DNA from: a virus
Taxonomy: Duplodnaviria > Caudoviricetes
Strand: one strand, 5' to 3'
IMG/VR virus record: IMGVR_UViG_3300011116_001234
Location: 2,212-66,211 of that record
Length of the DNA stretch: 64,000 nucleotides
The translations under genes and the position numbers were made by a program. Below are positions 45,563-55,639 of this stretch, piece by piece (position 1 is the first letter of the stretch; each line of letters opens with the position of its first letter). The notes under the pieces are model-generated. The model was not told where the DNA came from. It made no database searches and worked only from the letters and a program-made list of their open reading frames with translations.

Positions 45563-47662
45563 ATGAATCAGCGACTACTCAAAACAATAATCAAACAAGT
45601 TCTTTTGACCGAAGCTCCTATTGATCTTTGGAAAACAAAAAACCGAAGTTTGCCAAGCGAACAACTGTCGCAAGCAGAAAAATACTTTATTGATTTGAGT
45701 GGAAAATATAATGCGTTGTTGCATCCAATAGCAAAAGATTTAACCAACCTAAATTTCGAACAACTCGAAACTCTCTATAAAGCTGTTGAAATGGCCAAGA
45801 GCAAAAACTTGAAAGCTCCATTTGTGCAATGGCTTACTAAAAATCTAAAACAAAAAAAACTAAACCTCCAACAAGTTATTGAAGATTATATTCCTCCGCT
45901 TCTTTCCCTGCAAAAGAACAAAGAAAAGTTCGAACCAAACTTTCTGCAAAACCTAGAATCAATTGAACAGTTAAATCAAACTCTTAACCAAAAAGTTTCC
46001 TCTGATGATTTGGCTGTTTCTGAGGAGCAGCTTGGGAAAATTGCAGAAGAAAATGGTTGGGTTTTGTATATGCCACATACCACAGAAGCAAGCTGTGAAA
46101 TTGGTAAAACAGGAGGAAGAAGAGATACAACGTGGTGTACCACCAGATCAGATTCAAGCAATATGTTTTTGAATTACACAGCTAATTCAGTTAAAAACAT
46201 TATTTTGTTTTATGTTGTAAAAAAAGGTATTAATGCAGAAACAAATCCATTTGCTAAAATGAGTGTTGGTTTTATTGATGGAAAACCTTTGTTTGATAAT
46301 GGTGATGGTGGAGTGAGTGTTAATGCGGACAACGGTAATTTAACCCAAAAAAAATTCGAACAAGTTCTTGGAGAAGATTTAGCAGATAAATTTCTTGGTT
46401 TAATGCAAGAAAAAGCAAGTAGTTTGGGCGGAGAACATCCTTCGAAGGAGGAGTTCCGTAAGTTAATTAAAAATCCAAAAGCACTACGAGCAAAGATTGA
46501 TAGTTTTGCAAAAGATGAAAATGGACAAGAATTAAGAACAAATTTCATTAACTCAGTTTTTGATTATCGGAATTTTTTTTCGCCAGAAACTTTAAACGTT
46601 TTAGCCGGGTTAATAGAAGAAGATGATGCATGGGTTCGTCGTGAGGTAGCTCAGCATCCAACGACACCTTCAGAAATTTTGAATATCTTAGTTAAAGACA
46701 CAAATCTTACTGTTAGAGAAGAAGCCGCAGCGCATCCAAACTTACCAATAGAAAGTTTAAATGACTTGGCGAATGATAAAGAACCACATATTCGTAAGAT
46801 GGTTGCAGGCAGTTTAAAAACATTTCCAAAAACATTAAACTTTTTAGCGGCAGATAAAAATTATGATGTACGATTGAATGTTGCAATTAATCCAAACACA
46901 CCTTCGGAAACTTTAGATTATCTAACCGGACAAAATAATATATATGTCACTCGTAATGTTGCAACAAACCCAAACACACCTTCGGAAACTTTATCTCGCT
47001 TAACACAAGACAAAAATTCTGATATTGTAATGGCTGCGGTTTCAAATCCAAGCACACCACCAGAAACTTTGTCTGCTTTAGCCGAAACCAAATTAACAGG
47101 TGGTGTCCTTAAAGCTATCGCAGGAAATCCAAGCACACCTTCGGAAACTTTATCTCGTTTAGTAGCTAAACATCAAAACAATGTATTTATTTCTTCCACT
47201 GTTGCAAGAAACCCCAGTACACCAATAGAAACTTTAAATGATTTAGCGAATAATACTGATTCATTTGTTCGAAGTTATGTTGCAATTAATCCAAGTACAC
47301 CTCCAACAATTTTATCTAAATTGGGCGAAGATGCTGATCACTATGTACGATTGGATGTTGCATTGAATAAAAATACACCAATAAAAACTTTAAATCTTTT
47401 AGCTGCCGATACCTCGTATCAGATTTCCAATGCTGCTTCACAAACTTTAAAAATAAAATCTAATAATTTAACTGAGTCCTTGATGTTAGAGAAAATAATA
47501 AATGAAAAAACACCACCAAAAGTTTTAGCTGCTTTGTCTAAAGATAAATATAAAAATGTTAGAAACGCCGCCGTAAAAACTCTAAACGTTCTGAAAACCA
47601 AGCCGGTTGTTGAAGCTATCATAATGGAGAAAGTATGGAGAAAGCTCCTAAAATCTATTTGA
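45563..47662 (+). CDS. Tagged protein with leucine-rich-variant (HEAT-like) repeats
   Basis: MNQRLLKTIIKQVLLTE; TTWC motif; many VR..VA.NP.TP.ETL..L repeats. Confidence 0.85.
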   Translation: MNQRLLKTIIKQVLLTEAPIDLWKTKNRSLPSEQLSQAEKYFIDLSGKYNALLHPIAKDLTNLNFEQLETLYKAVEMAKSKNLKAPFVQWLTKNLKQKKLNLQQVIEDYIPPLLSLQKNKEKFEPNFLQNLESIEQLNQTLNQKVSSDDLAVSEEQLGKIAEENGWVLYMPHTTEASCEIGKTGGRRDTTWCTTRSDSSNMFLNYTANSVKNIILFYVVKKGINAETNPFAKMSVGFIDGKPLFDNGDGGVSVNADNGNLTQKKFEQVLGEDLADKFLGLMQEKASSLGGEHPSKEEFRKLIKNPKALRAKIDSFAKDENGQELRTNFINSVFDYRNFFSPETLNVLAGLIEEDDAWVRREVAQHPTTPSEILNILVKDTNLTVREEAAAHPNLPIESLNDLANDKEPHIRKMVAGSLKTFPKTLNFLAADKNYDVRLNVAINPNTPSETLDYLTGQNNIYVTRNVATNPNTPSETLSRLTQDKNSDIVMAAVSNPSTPPETLSALAETKLTGGVLKAIAGNPSTPSETLSRLVAKHQNNVFISSTVARNPSTPIETLNDLANNTDSFVRSYVAINPSTPPTILSKLGEDADHYVRLDVALNKNTPIKTLNLLAADTSYQISNAASQTLKIKSNNLTESLMLEKIINEKTPPKVLAALSKDKYKNVRNAAVKTLNVLKTKPVVEAIIMEKVWRKLLKSI

Positions 47663-48614
47663 TAATATTTCGTAAGTAATACATTTCGTCATATTCCACG
47701 GTGTTTTCCTCACGTAGTTTCAGAAACTGTTCTTGTGATATCTCGCCGGGATCTTTGATATCTTCTGGCAGTTCCAAAACTCTTACAGGAACACTGTAAC
47801 TGCTTAATAGCTTTGCCACTTCTAAACTGGCACGTTTTGCATCATTGTCAAGACACAACAAGACAGGTGTATTGTTCGTAACAATCTTATGGAACAACGC
47901 ACAGTTTTTTGTTAACTCTTTACCCAACAAACAAGTTGCGTTGTCATTAACCTTGAACATATCGAACGGACCTTCAACAAGCGTTAGTTCTTCTGACCAA
48001 TCTATGTTCAGTTCATTAAACACAACTGTTTCACGATGAAATTTTGGATTGAAATATTTTGGTTTGATGTTTGGTTTGTAACTTCTTGCTGTAAAAAAGT
48101 TCAAGTTGCCTTCCATGTCATGTGAAGGTATGATTATTCTATTGTTATAAGCATTATCTAAGATCGTTACACCAAACTTAAAATACCAAAACTCACGTTC
48201 TCCAAGACCTCGCTTACGAAGATAGTTGCTTGCTTGACGAATATAAAACGGCACATCATCTGCGTTCAAATATTCTGCAAGCAACTGAAACCCACGGGGT
48301 AATTCAATAGCCTCTTGCTGGCTTTTAAATGCCTCTTCCTCGGCATCAGAGACAAGAGATGCACCATCGAACTGTAGAATAAATTCTTCGGCGTAAACGG
48401 GCTTATAACGCTTTAGAAGACCATAAATGCTACGAGCTTTATAACCACAAACCCAACATTTTGTAAGCCAGTTGTCTGTACGAATAGCAAGTTTCTTTTT
48501 GCTAACATCGCCACATACAGGGCAGCAAACGTTTGCATTTAGGCCAGCATTCGTTAGTTTTGCTGGACCAAAGCAGCGTTCAATAAATGTTAGAGCTTGA
48601 CCTTGAGTGTGCAT
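47655..48614 (-). CDS. DNA primase (Zn finger plus TOPRIM)
   Basis: CPVC...CWVC, KYFNP, LVEGPFD, CLDND, KDPG. Confidence 0.92.
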   Translation of the reverse strand: MHTQGQALTFIERCFGPAKLTNAGLNANVCCPVCGDVSKKKLAIRTDNWLTKCWVCGYKARSIYGLLKRYKPVYAEEFILQFDGASLVSDAEEEAFKSQQEAIELPRGFQLLAEYLNADDVPFYIRQASNYLRKRGLGEREFWYFKFGVTILDNAYNNRIIIPSHDMEGNLNFFTARSYKPNIKPKYFNPKFHRETVVFNELNIDWSEELTLVEGPFDMFKVNDNATCLLGKELTKNCALFHKIVTNNTPVLLCLDNDAKRASLEVAKLLSSYSVPVRVLELPEDIKDPGEISQEQFLKLREENTVEYDEMYYLRNIIK

Positions 48615-48653
48615 GAGAACAGATTATAACCTGATTAAAAAAATAATCAAGAA

Positions 48654-48941
48654 TTATTTTATTCTCTTATAGCCTTTACCTTGTTGAATATGGTAACGCA
48701 TGGCTTCTTGATGACTTGGAGGAGAGGCAGACTGTAAAACCTTTTTAGATTCAACTTCCATGATCAACTGATTCTTTTTGGTTTTAATAACCGGCCAAAT
48801 ATCAAGATACCCAGTGTATCCAGCTTCATAAGATTCAGCCAAAAGTTCTTCTGTTGCTTTTTGTAGCTGGAGTTTTAATGTGTACTGAGCACGTTCTACT
48901 TCTGTTATAGGCTTTAACATCGTACAGTGGAAGATAACCAA
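48654..48941 (-). CDS. Hypothetical protein
   Basis: ORF in co-oriented run. Confidence 0.55.
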   Translation of the reverse strand: MVIFHCTMLKPITEVERAQYTLKLQLQKATEELLAESYEAGYTGYLDIWPVIKTKKNQLIMEVESKKVLQSASPPSHQEAMRYHIQQGKGYKRIK

Positions 48942-49107
48942 TAAAGAGAGAAAAGACTACTTCTTAATATAAGCATTCTTCAAGTAGAGAAAAAGTAGGG
49001 CTTCAACCGCAACAAACCACAAGTTTCGACACCAACCATAATGGTATGCTGCTAAGTTGAAGCCAAAGAAAAAGATTGCAGGTGCAAGCTTACAAGGCCA
49101 ACAGATT

Positions 49108-49461
49108 TTAAGAGAGTTGTCCATGAATAAGGTGCATGTGATCTTGATGAACAAATGCCGTTTGTTGGTAGTAATCAAAGCGTACTGGGAAAATCATGAT
49201 GTAATCTAACCCTCCTACACTTTTAACCGCTCCCGACATTCTTTCAATATATGAACGTTGAACTTTAATTGGATCTCCTGCAATCTTTGCTATTGAGCCA
49301 CCTTTTACACCACCAATTGCTCTTGGATAAGCGCATCCATTAATATCCCAACGAATATTACCACGCTCATCACGCTCAAGATCAAACACGGGTACATTGT
49401 CTGTTGAAACCCCGTGAATAGCACTACCATGACCAATACGTACCGAATCACCTACAGCCAT
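49108..49461 (-). CDS. Hypothetical protein
   Basis: GGAGG before ATG 49461, directly after groEL. Confidence 0.7.
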   Translation of the reverse strand: MAVGDSVRIGHGSAIHGVSTDNVPVFDLERDERGNIRWDINGCAYPRAIGGVKGGSIAKIAGDPIKVQRSYIERMSGAVKSVGGLDYIMIFPVRFDYYQQTAFVHQDHMHLIHGQLS

Positions 49462-49463
49462 TT

Positions 49464-52232
49464 TCAGCCTCCATTTTCTATTACGACCACACAGTTTGTA
49501 GTCAACAACAAACCAACAACCGAACAAGCATGTTCAAGAGCATAACGTTCCACTTTGAGAGGATCGATTACACCACGTTCAATCAGATCGCAATAAACAT
49601 GACGACTTGCATCATAACCTTGACGTAGACGTTTCGTGAGAAGGTTTTCAACCTTTTGTTCTACAACTTCTTCTGGGCGATTTGTTTTTCCTGCAATATC
49701 GTTTAGAACTTGAATAAATCTACCATTGTCATGCGAACGAAGTTCGTTCATTACAACATCTGCACTTTTACCTGTATTCTCTACAATCACACGTAGAGGC
49801 ATACGGCAAGCTTCATAAATAACTTTTGCACCGGCTAATTCATCTTCTGACATATTATCGGCGTTATTTGCCATTTCCTTTTGCAGCCATTCTGAGGCAT
49901 AGAAAAGAGCTGTACCACCACCGGGAAGGATTCCTTCTTGAACAGCCGCTACAGTGGCGTTTAAAGCGTCTTCAACACGGTCTTTCTTTTCAAAAATCTC
50001 TACCTCAGTTGAACCACCAACTTTAATAACGGCGATACCACCAGCTAGCTTGGCAAGACGTTTCTTGGTATTCTCACGCTTGAGATCATCAAGACCAATG
50101 TTTGCTGAAAGAAGAGCACGAAGTTGGTCCACACGTTCAGTGATAAGTTCTTTACGTGAACCTGTATCGTCACCAACAAGAGTTGTTGAACCTTTGCTAA
50201 TGATTGCACGTTTACATTGACCAAGATCAGAAAGTGTTGCGTTTTTGATTGACTTTTCTGATGCTGCATCAAAAACTTTGCCACCAGTTACAAGAGCAAT
50301 ATCAGAGAGAACATCAACACGATTTTCTCCGTAACTTGGAGCCTTTACCGCACAAGAGAAAAGAACACCTTTCATTTTGTTAACAAGAAGTGTATGAAGA
50401 GCTTCTCCTTCAATTTCATCGCCAATGATTAAAAGAGGACGATTAGCATTTGCTGTTAGTTCAAGTACAGGTAGCAACTCTTGAAGAGAATTGATTTTCT
50501 TGTTAGTGATAAGAACGTAAGGTTCTGTTAGTTCGCAGGAAAGTTTCTCTTGGTTGGTAACAAAATAAGGTGAAACGTAGCCACTTTCAAACTGCATACC
50601 TTCAACAACATCTAAAGTTGTTTTAACGCTTTTAGCTGGTTCGATTGTAATGATGCCATCTTGACCAACTTTGGAGATTGCCTCAGATAATAATACACCG
50701 ATTGACCTATCGCCGTTAGCAGAGATAGTTCCAACGTTGATAATATCTTCATTGTTTCGTACAGGAATAGAATGTTCTTTTATCCAACTGATAACTTGTT
50801 CTGTGGCCCATTCCATTCCTCTTTTTACAGAGATAGATGATCTACCTGTTGCGATCATCTTAACTCCTTGTTGAAGCATCGAATAACCAAGAACGGTTGC
50901 AGTTGTTGTATTATGTGTAGGAACATAGTCGTTAGTGATATACAAGCAATCCGAATTGCTGACCTTGATACACATCATCTCAGTCTGTTTGTCAAGCTTC
51001 TCAATATCAACGATCCGCATTCCGTACTTGTTACCTTTTAGTTCGGTAATTCTATGGATTGGGTTGTTGCTATACGACCCATCGTTATGTTTTCTTGTAT
51101 ATGTACGTACATTGATTGCTTTTCCAAGGCTGCGACACAACTCAACGACATCTTGACAAAGTTGATCGCTAGCAGTGCTATACTGAAACAGTCCTCGCCG
51201 ACCAACGCTGCCATCTGTATCAATCAAACCCTCTAAAAGTTTTTGTCTGGTGCTTATCGACGAATAAAGATATTGTTTTGGAATAAACTTTGTATGGCTT
51301 GTTGTGCCTAGTAAACCAAGCTGTTCTAGTGCCTTTTTGATGATAGACTTTGATTCACTTTTTTGTTGCCCAGCCCGACGACTTCCTGTAACTGTAGCTT
51401 TTATGTAGTGCTTTGTGGAGGTGTAATACTTTCTTCGAAGACTGCAACCTCTTGGTAGATTCAATTGGTTGAGTATGTGGTCTTCTTTGAGTCCAACTGA
51501 AATATCAACTTCATGCTTCTGTGAGAGACTGCCATCTCCAAGCAAAACGCCGAGCAAATATGGATCTAAAGGTAAATTCTCTGGGTTTGTAAACTCAGTG
51601 GGTGTTGGCTTGACAAAGAATCGACCACGCCGGTCATCAGCAAACCCAGTTTCAAGTAGTTGTTTTGTGGTCATCAAACGAGATGCACCATAATATGTAA
51701 CCACACTCCACAAGTGATCTTCACAACACTCTACTGATCTAGATCTTGTTTTACGGTTGCCATCCGAGAGAACAACCCTGTATATGTCTTTGTTGCCCTT
51801 TGGAAATATACCAAGTACTTTTTGAACAGTACCGTGTGTACCGCATATATCGTCACCAGTACGAAGTTCCCCCATTGTTGACCAACCAGCCGGTGTTAAT
51901 ACCTTTGCATACAACGGCTGCGGCCCATCCCCAGCAAGTTCATTTGTCTTACTAGCAACTTCCTTGATAAGTTCTGCTCCAATAGAAGGCAGTTTGTCTT
52001 TCAAGTTGATAGACTTTGCAACGGTAACACCATCTTTGGTGATTAGAGGTGCTGTTTGGCCATTGTCAATAATGACATTAAGACCTGATGGACCCATTGT
52101 GCTTTTAACGGCACGGTACAGAATTTCTGCACCTTCAAGCAATTGCTTGTGTGCATCTTGACCAAAAGTTACTTCTTGTGTTGGAGTACGTTGTGCAAGT
52201 TCTGCTGCAACCATTTGTCCTGCTTTGCTCAT
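49464..52232 (-). CDS. groEL: Chaperonin GroEL, intein-containing
   Basis: ITKDGVTVA, AGDG/TTTAT, ISANGD, KDRVEDALNAT, PGGG, GVIDP. Confidence 0.96.
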   Translation of the reverse strand: MSKAGQMVAAELAQRTPTQEVTFGQDAHKQLLEGAEILYRAVKSTMGPSGLNVIIDNGQTAPLITKDGVTVAKSINLKDKLPSIGAELIKEVASKTNELAGDGPQPLYAKVLTPAGWSTMGELRTGDDICGTHGTVQKVLGIFPKGNKDIYRVVLSDGNRKTRSRSVECCEDHLWSVVTYYGASRLMTTKQLLETGFADDRRGRFFVKPTPTEFTNPENLPLDPYLLGVLLGDGSLSQKHEVDISVGLKEDHILNQLNLPRGCSLRRKYYTSTKHYIKATVTGSRRAGQQKSESKSIIKKALEQLGLLGTTSHTKFIPKQYLYSSISTRQKLLEGLIDTDGSVGRRGLFQYSTASDQLCQDVVELCRSLGKAINVRTYTRKHNDGSYSNNPIHRITELKGNKYGMRIVDIEKLDKQTEMMCIKVSNSDCLYITNDYVPTHNTTTATVLGYSMLQQGVKMIATGRSSISVKRGMEWATEQVISWIKEHSIPVRNNEDIINVGTISANGDRSIGVLLSEAISKVGQDGIITIEPAKSVKTTLDVVEGMQFESGYVSPYFVTNQEKLSCELTEPYVLITNKKINSLQELLPVLELTANANRPLLIIGDEIEGEALHTLLVNKMKGVLFSCAVKAPSYGENRVDVLSDIALVTGGKVFDAASEKSIKNATLSDLGQCKRAIISKGSTTLVGDDTGSRKELITERVDQLRALLSANIGLDDLKRENTKKRLAKLAGGIAVIKVGGSTEVEIFEKKDRVEDALNATVAAVQEGILPGGGTALFYASEWLQKEMANNADNMSEDELAGAKVIYEACRMPLRVIVENTGKSADVVMNELRSHDNGRFIQVLNDIAGKTNRPEEVVEQKVENLLTKRLRQGYDASRHVYCDLIERGVIDPLKVERYALEHACSVVGLLLTTNCVVVIENGG
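50910..51923 (-). mobile_element. Class-3-type intein with LAGLIDADG endonuclease, 338 aa
   Basis: Starts PQP, ends THN, +1 Thr; LGVLLGDGS and LEGLIDTDG; DHLW, MMCI and YIT motifs. Confidence 0.92.
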
Positions 52233-52237
52233 TGTTT

Positions 52238-52747
52238 TCAGCCTTGTGCTAGATTAATAGAAACCTTACGAATGGTTCCATCATCCATGATAACTTCTCT
52301 TGTATTCAAATCTGGTTCTGCCATCGCTGCTCGTAGGTTGTTTAAATTTGGACCTTGTTGTTTAAAACCATTTTGCTGTTGACCAACTTCATTCAACAAA
52401 TCTGAAGGATCTAATCTTCCTGCTGGAGAAGTAGCTTGTGCAGGTCGAGAACCTGTTCCGTACCATTGGTTGACTCTTTCATTCGTTGTTTGACAAAGAT
52501 CATCAACAAATGAAGTTAGTTTTCCGATCAAGATTGATCTTACTTCTTCAAGAGAGCCAAAAACTTCTCCATCAACAGAGGACAAATCAACAATACGTTG
52601 TTTATTTTGAGGTCCAATTGCAATCTTATAAGAAACATTTTCACCGTTTAGTGAGCGGTAATGAATCTCTTCTTGAACGATCCCAGGCAAAACTGTTTGT
52701 GTTTTGTTGCTGAGAACGTAAATAATTTGTCCAATGTTATAAGTCAT
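52238..52747 (-). CDS. Hypothetical protein
   Basis: Coupled run upstream of groEL. Confidence 0.75.
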   Translation of the reverse strand: MTYNIGQIIYVLSNKTQTVLPGIVQEEIHYRSLNGENVSYKIAIGPQNKQRIVDLSSVDGEVFGSLEEVRSILIGKLTSFVDDLCQTTNERVNQWYGTGSRPAQATSPAGRLDPSDLLNEVGQQQNGFKQQGPNLNNLRAAMAEPDLNTREVIMDDGTIRKVSINLAQG

Positions 52748-53157
52748 GTGGGCGAACCTTGCAAAGCCTTGGTGTAATCTTGAGTTAGAATGAGAATTGT
52801 TTCACCTTTGTTTTCGCCCAACTTGCGCTCGTATGGAGTAAAATCCATTGTGCTTAAACAGTTACGCAACTTTTGTTCGGTTTCATAACCGCTGAAAAGA
52901 TCAAAATAATACATGATCTTTTCAAAAGCTTTTGGATGAAGAGCCATTGGAATAATGTTGTTTGTTGGTAGTCTTCTTTGAATTGCTTCTTGAAGATATT
53001 TTTCTGCATCAACAAGTACCATGTCTCTACGGTCGCCAACATAAATTGCATAGCGTTTAACACTTAGCATTTCACGAAGTTTGCGCTCAGATGCATGACC
53101 GCCAAAGTTACGGCAGTTCAGAATAATATTCTCGACAACACTTGGATGGAAATTCAT
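52744..53157 (-). CDS. Hypothetical protein
   Basis: ATGA overlaps on both sides. Confidence 0.75.
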   Translation of the reverse strand: MNFHPSVVENIILNCRNFGGHASERKLREMLSVKRYAIYVGDRRDMVLVDAEKYLQEAIQRRLPTNNIIPMALHPKAFEKIMYYFDLFSGYETEQKLRNCLSTMDFTPYERKLGENKGETILILTQDYTKALQGSPT

Positions 53158-53642
53158 TGCTTTTTATCCTCTTCCATATCTTTCTTTAGGGTTTCTTCAT
53201 ATTGTGTTTTACGGTCCTGTTGTTGTTCGTAAGTTTTTGCTGCAATTTCGTTTGCTTTGGCAACAACACGATCAAGAAGTTCATTGCCTTCTTTGCGAGC
53301 TTTGGCAAGAGGCTTCATTCCCAAACCAACTCTAATTTTATCAACTGCATCTCCCATGTGTAGGTTTGGAAAAGTTTCATGCAAAACTTCTTCAAGATGT
53401 TTAAAGTCGATAAACATGTGAGGGTGTGGACCATCCATAATTTCTTCTGGCTTTCCAGAATCACCAACTTCAAAGTCGCCTGTTTGCGTATAACGCATGA
53501 TGAAAAGACCGACAGGCATATCTTTGTCTTTTGGAATAACCACATAAGGAATAGGTGATACTTTTTCACCGGGATAACTTGGTGATTCGTAAAGAATTTC
53601 TGGAGGTGCGTTTAATTTACGGTTTTGTTTTACTGAGCTCAT
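53154..53642 (-). CDS. Hypothetical protein
   Basis: ATGA overlaps on both sides. Confidence 0.75.
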   Translation of the reverse strand: MSSVKQNRKLNAPPEILYESPSYPGEKVSPIPYVVIPKDKDMPVGLFIMRYTQTGDFEVGDSGKPEEIMDGPHPHMFIDFKHLEEVLHETFPNLHMGDAVDKIRVGLGMKPLAKARKEGNELLDRVVAKANEIAAKTYEQQQDRKTQYEETLKKDMEEDKKQ

Positions 53643-53923
53643 GGTTCATCTCTTTCTAGAATCTCAAGGAAAAGATCAAAATAATGCTTATGCTGAACCT
53701 TCTTTTTGAGATCCACCAGACGAAGAGCAAGTTTAAGAGTTTTTGTGTCTAGCTTTGTAGAATATTCTTCAACCAGATCTTTTTTTGCTTCACGAAGAGT
53801 TGTTTCTTCGTGTTCCAGTGTACGCATCCGGTCAACAAATTCATTTACAATTGGTTTGAGCTCAGATAAATTCTCTGGCATTTCATCTGCGCCAGTATCT
53901 TCAGAACGTAGGCGTTTCGGCAT
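53639..53923 (-). CDS. GapR/T4 DsbA-like dsDNA-binding protein
   Basis: FVDRMRTLEHE...KKDLVEE...LDTKTLKLALRL. Confidence 0.7.
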   Translation of the reverse strand: MPKRLRSEDTGADEMPENLSELKPIVNEFVDRMRTLEHEETTLREAKKDLVEEYSTKLDTKTLKLALRLVDLKKKVQHKHYFDLFLEILERDEP

Positions 53924-53987
53924 GATATGGTATCCCTTGTTTGGTTAACCATATCATAAAAGTCTGCCTTTCTGTTTGTATAATAAT

Positions 53988-55241
53988 CTATTGTTTGTTT
54001 GTTGGTGCGGGAGCAGCTACAGGTTGAGTTGCTGGTTGTTGCGGTGCAGAAGTTCTTGTACGTGGGCCTGTTTGACGCATAGCTTGAACGGGTTGGGCCG
54101 GTGAAGGTGGTTGGATTTTTGCTGCTTCTTGAGAAGCTTTTTGAACACCGGCTTTAAATGCTGGGTTGGTTTTTAAATCTTCTTCCGAGATTTGTATTCC
54201 TTTTTTCTTTGCTGATTCAATTACAATCTTGGAAAGATAACCTTCCAAATTTTTTTTCATGGAATCAACTTCTTGAGCGTTTACTTTTATTTCACCTTTA
54301 GAAATAGCAGCAGAAATGTCTTTGATGATTGCAGCAAGTGCGGCTTCCATTTCTGGTGCCATCATTTTTTTACCAGCTTCTATTATTTCGGGATTTTTGC
54401 TTGCTTTGGTTGCAAGTTGTTTCAAAGTTTCTTCTGAGCCACCAGCAGCTTCAAATTTCTTTATTGCTTCTCCAAAACTTTGAGGAGAAGCTTTTAGTTT
54501 GCCAGCCATAGCTTCACTAAAAGCTTTACCAACATCTCCCTTTGGCGCAGGTTTTGGTTGCTCTTCTGTCGCAGTTTCGTTAACGGATCTACCTCCACCT
54601 GGGGTTAGATCTTCTATTGCTGCTTGCAATCTCCCACCGGATAAAACATTTCCAACACTGAGAGCGGCATCTAAACCTTTTTCTGCCGTGATTGCGGCTG
54701 CTATCGCATTTGCTGGTGACGCAACAAATCCAATACCCCAAAAGTCATCTTTAAAATGGCCCCAATCTTCTTCGATCATTTTCATGCCGTTAGAAAAATG
54801 TTGATCCAAAGCACGTATTTGAGCTTGTTCCCAGTTTGTAATTCCATCAAGAAGTTTTTTTGTCGCTATTGGATCATTGAACGGCAAGATAGCAGAAATG
54901 GTTCCTAAAACTGCTTTTTTAACACCGCTTATAGCTTGCGTACCTAATTGTGTTATACCTTTTCCAAGAACCGTTGTTATTTTTGGTACGATATCACCTG
55001 TTAAAGCACTTGCGGCAGAGCCACGCATCCAAGGATAAAGAACTCCTCCACGACCATCTCCTCCTCCCCCGCCACCACCTCCATATCCTCCACCAAATCC
55101 CCAACCGCTGCTATAATGCACACCGCCGCCTCCAGCAGCGCCAGAATCATAGCTACTATCATACCCGCCGTCGCCACCATCATCTTGTTCGGAAACAAAG
55201 CGTTCGATTTCTTCTTCAATGATAGCTTTAAGGATCTTCAT
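53988..55241 (-). CDS. Gly-rich tagged protein; candidate internal virion protein
   Basis: MKILKAIIEEE; poly-Gly segment; Pro/Gln tail. Confidence 0.75.
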   Translation of the reverse strand: MKILKAIIEEEIERFVSEQDDGGDGGYDSSYDSGAAGGGGVHYSSGWGFGGGYGGGGGGGGDGRGGVLYPWMRGSAASALTGDIVPKITTVLGKGITQLGTQAISGVKKAVLGTISAILPFNDPIATKKLLDGITNWEQAQIRALDQHFSNGMKMIEEDWGHFKDDFWGIGFVASPANAIAAAITAEKGLDAALSVGNVLSGGRLQAAIEDLTPGGGRSVNETATEEQPKPAPKGDVGKAFSEAMAGKLKASPQSFGEAIKKFEAAGGSEETLKQLATKASKNPEIIEAGKKMMAPEMEAALAAIIKDISAAISKGEIKVNAQEVDSMKKNLEGYLSKIVIESAKKKGIQISEEDLKTNPAFKAGVQKASQEAAKIQPPSPAQPVQAMRQTGPRTRTSAPQQPATQPVAAPAPTNKQ

Positions 55242-55584
55242 CCTTTGTTCTTGTAGCTTCTTCTTGTAGAATTTTTGTTTTGCCACCATTTAACGCCCAT
55301 CCTCTTGGTCTAGACACCCAGTTTGAATCATGTGTTCTTGTAGGATCAATAACTGGTTTGATACCTGTAAGTAGTTCCCACAGTTCCATCGCTTCTTTTT
55401 CGATATCGTTCATTATCATTTTCTTGGTGCTTCTATGTCTTTTTGTAAAACCGACATATGGACGATGGTGCCCAGGAACCTGTCTAACGATTTCTTTTTT
55501 GATCAAATACCAATCTGTGAGTGAGCCTTGAACATATGAGGCTACATACTCGATCTTTTCTTTTAGAATATTTGACAGTGGCAT
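55228..55584 (-). CDS. Hypothetical protein
   Basis: CTATTTA motif upstream; divergent from portal. Confidence 0.7.
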   Translation of the reverse strand: MPLSNILKEKIEYVASYVQGSLTDWYLIKKEIVRQVPGHHRPYVGFTKRHRSTKKMIMNDIEKEAMELWELLTGIKPVIDPTRTHDSNWVSRPRGWALNGGKTKILQEEATRTKDEDP

Positions 55585-55639
55585 AATACCTTAGAAGTGC
55601 CCTAAATATAAATAGCTGCGAAAAGAGCACAGTTGTACT

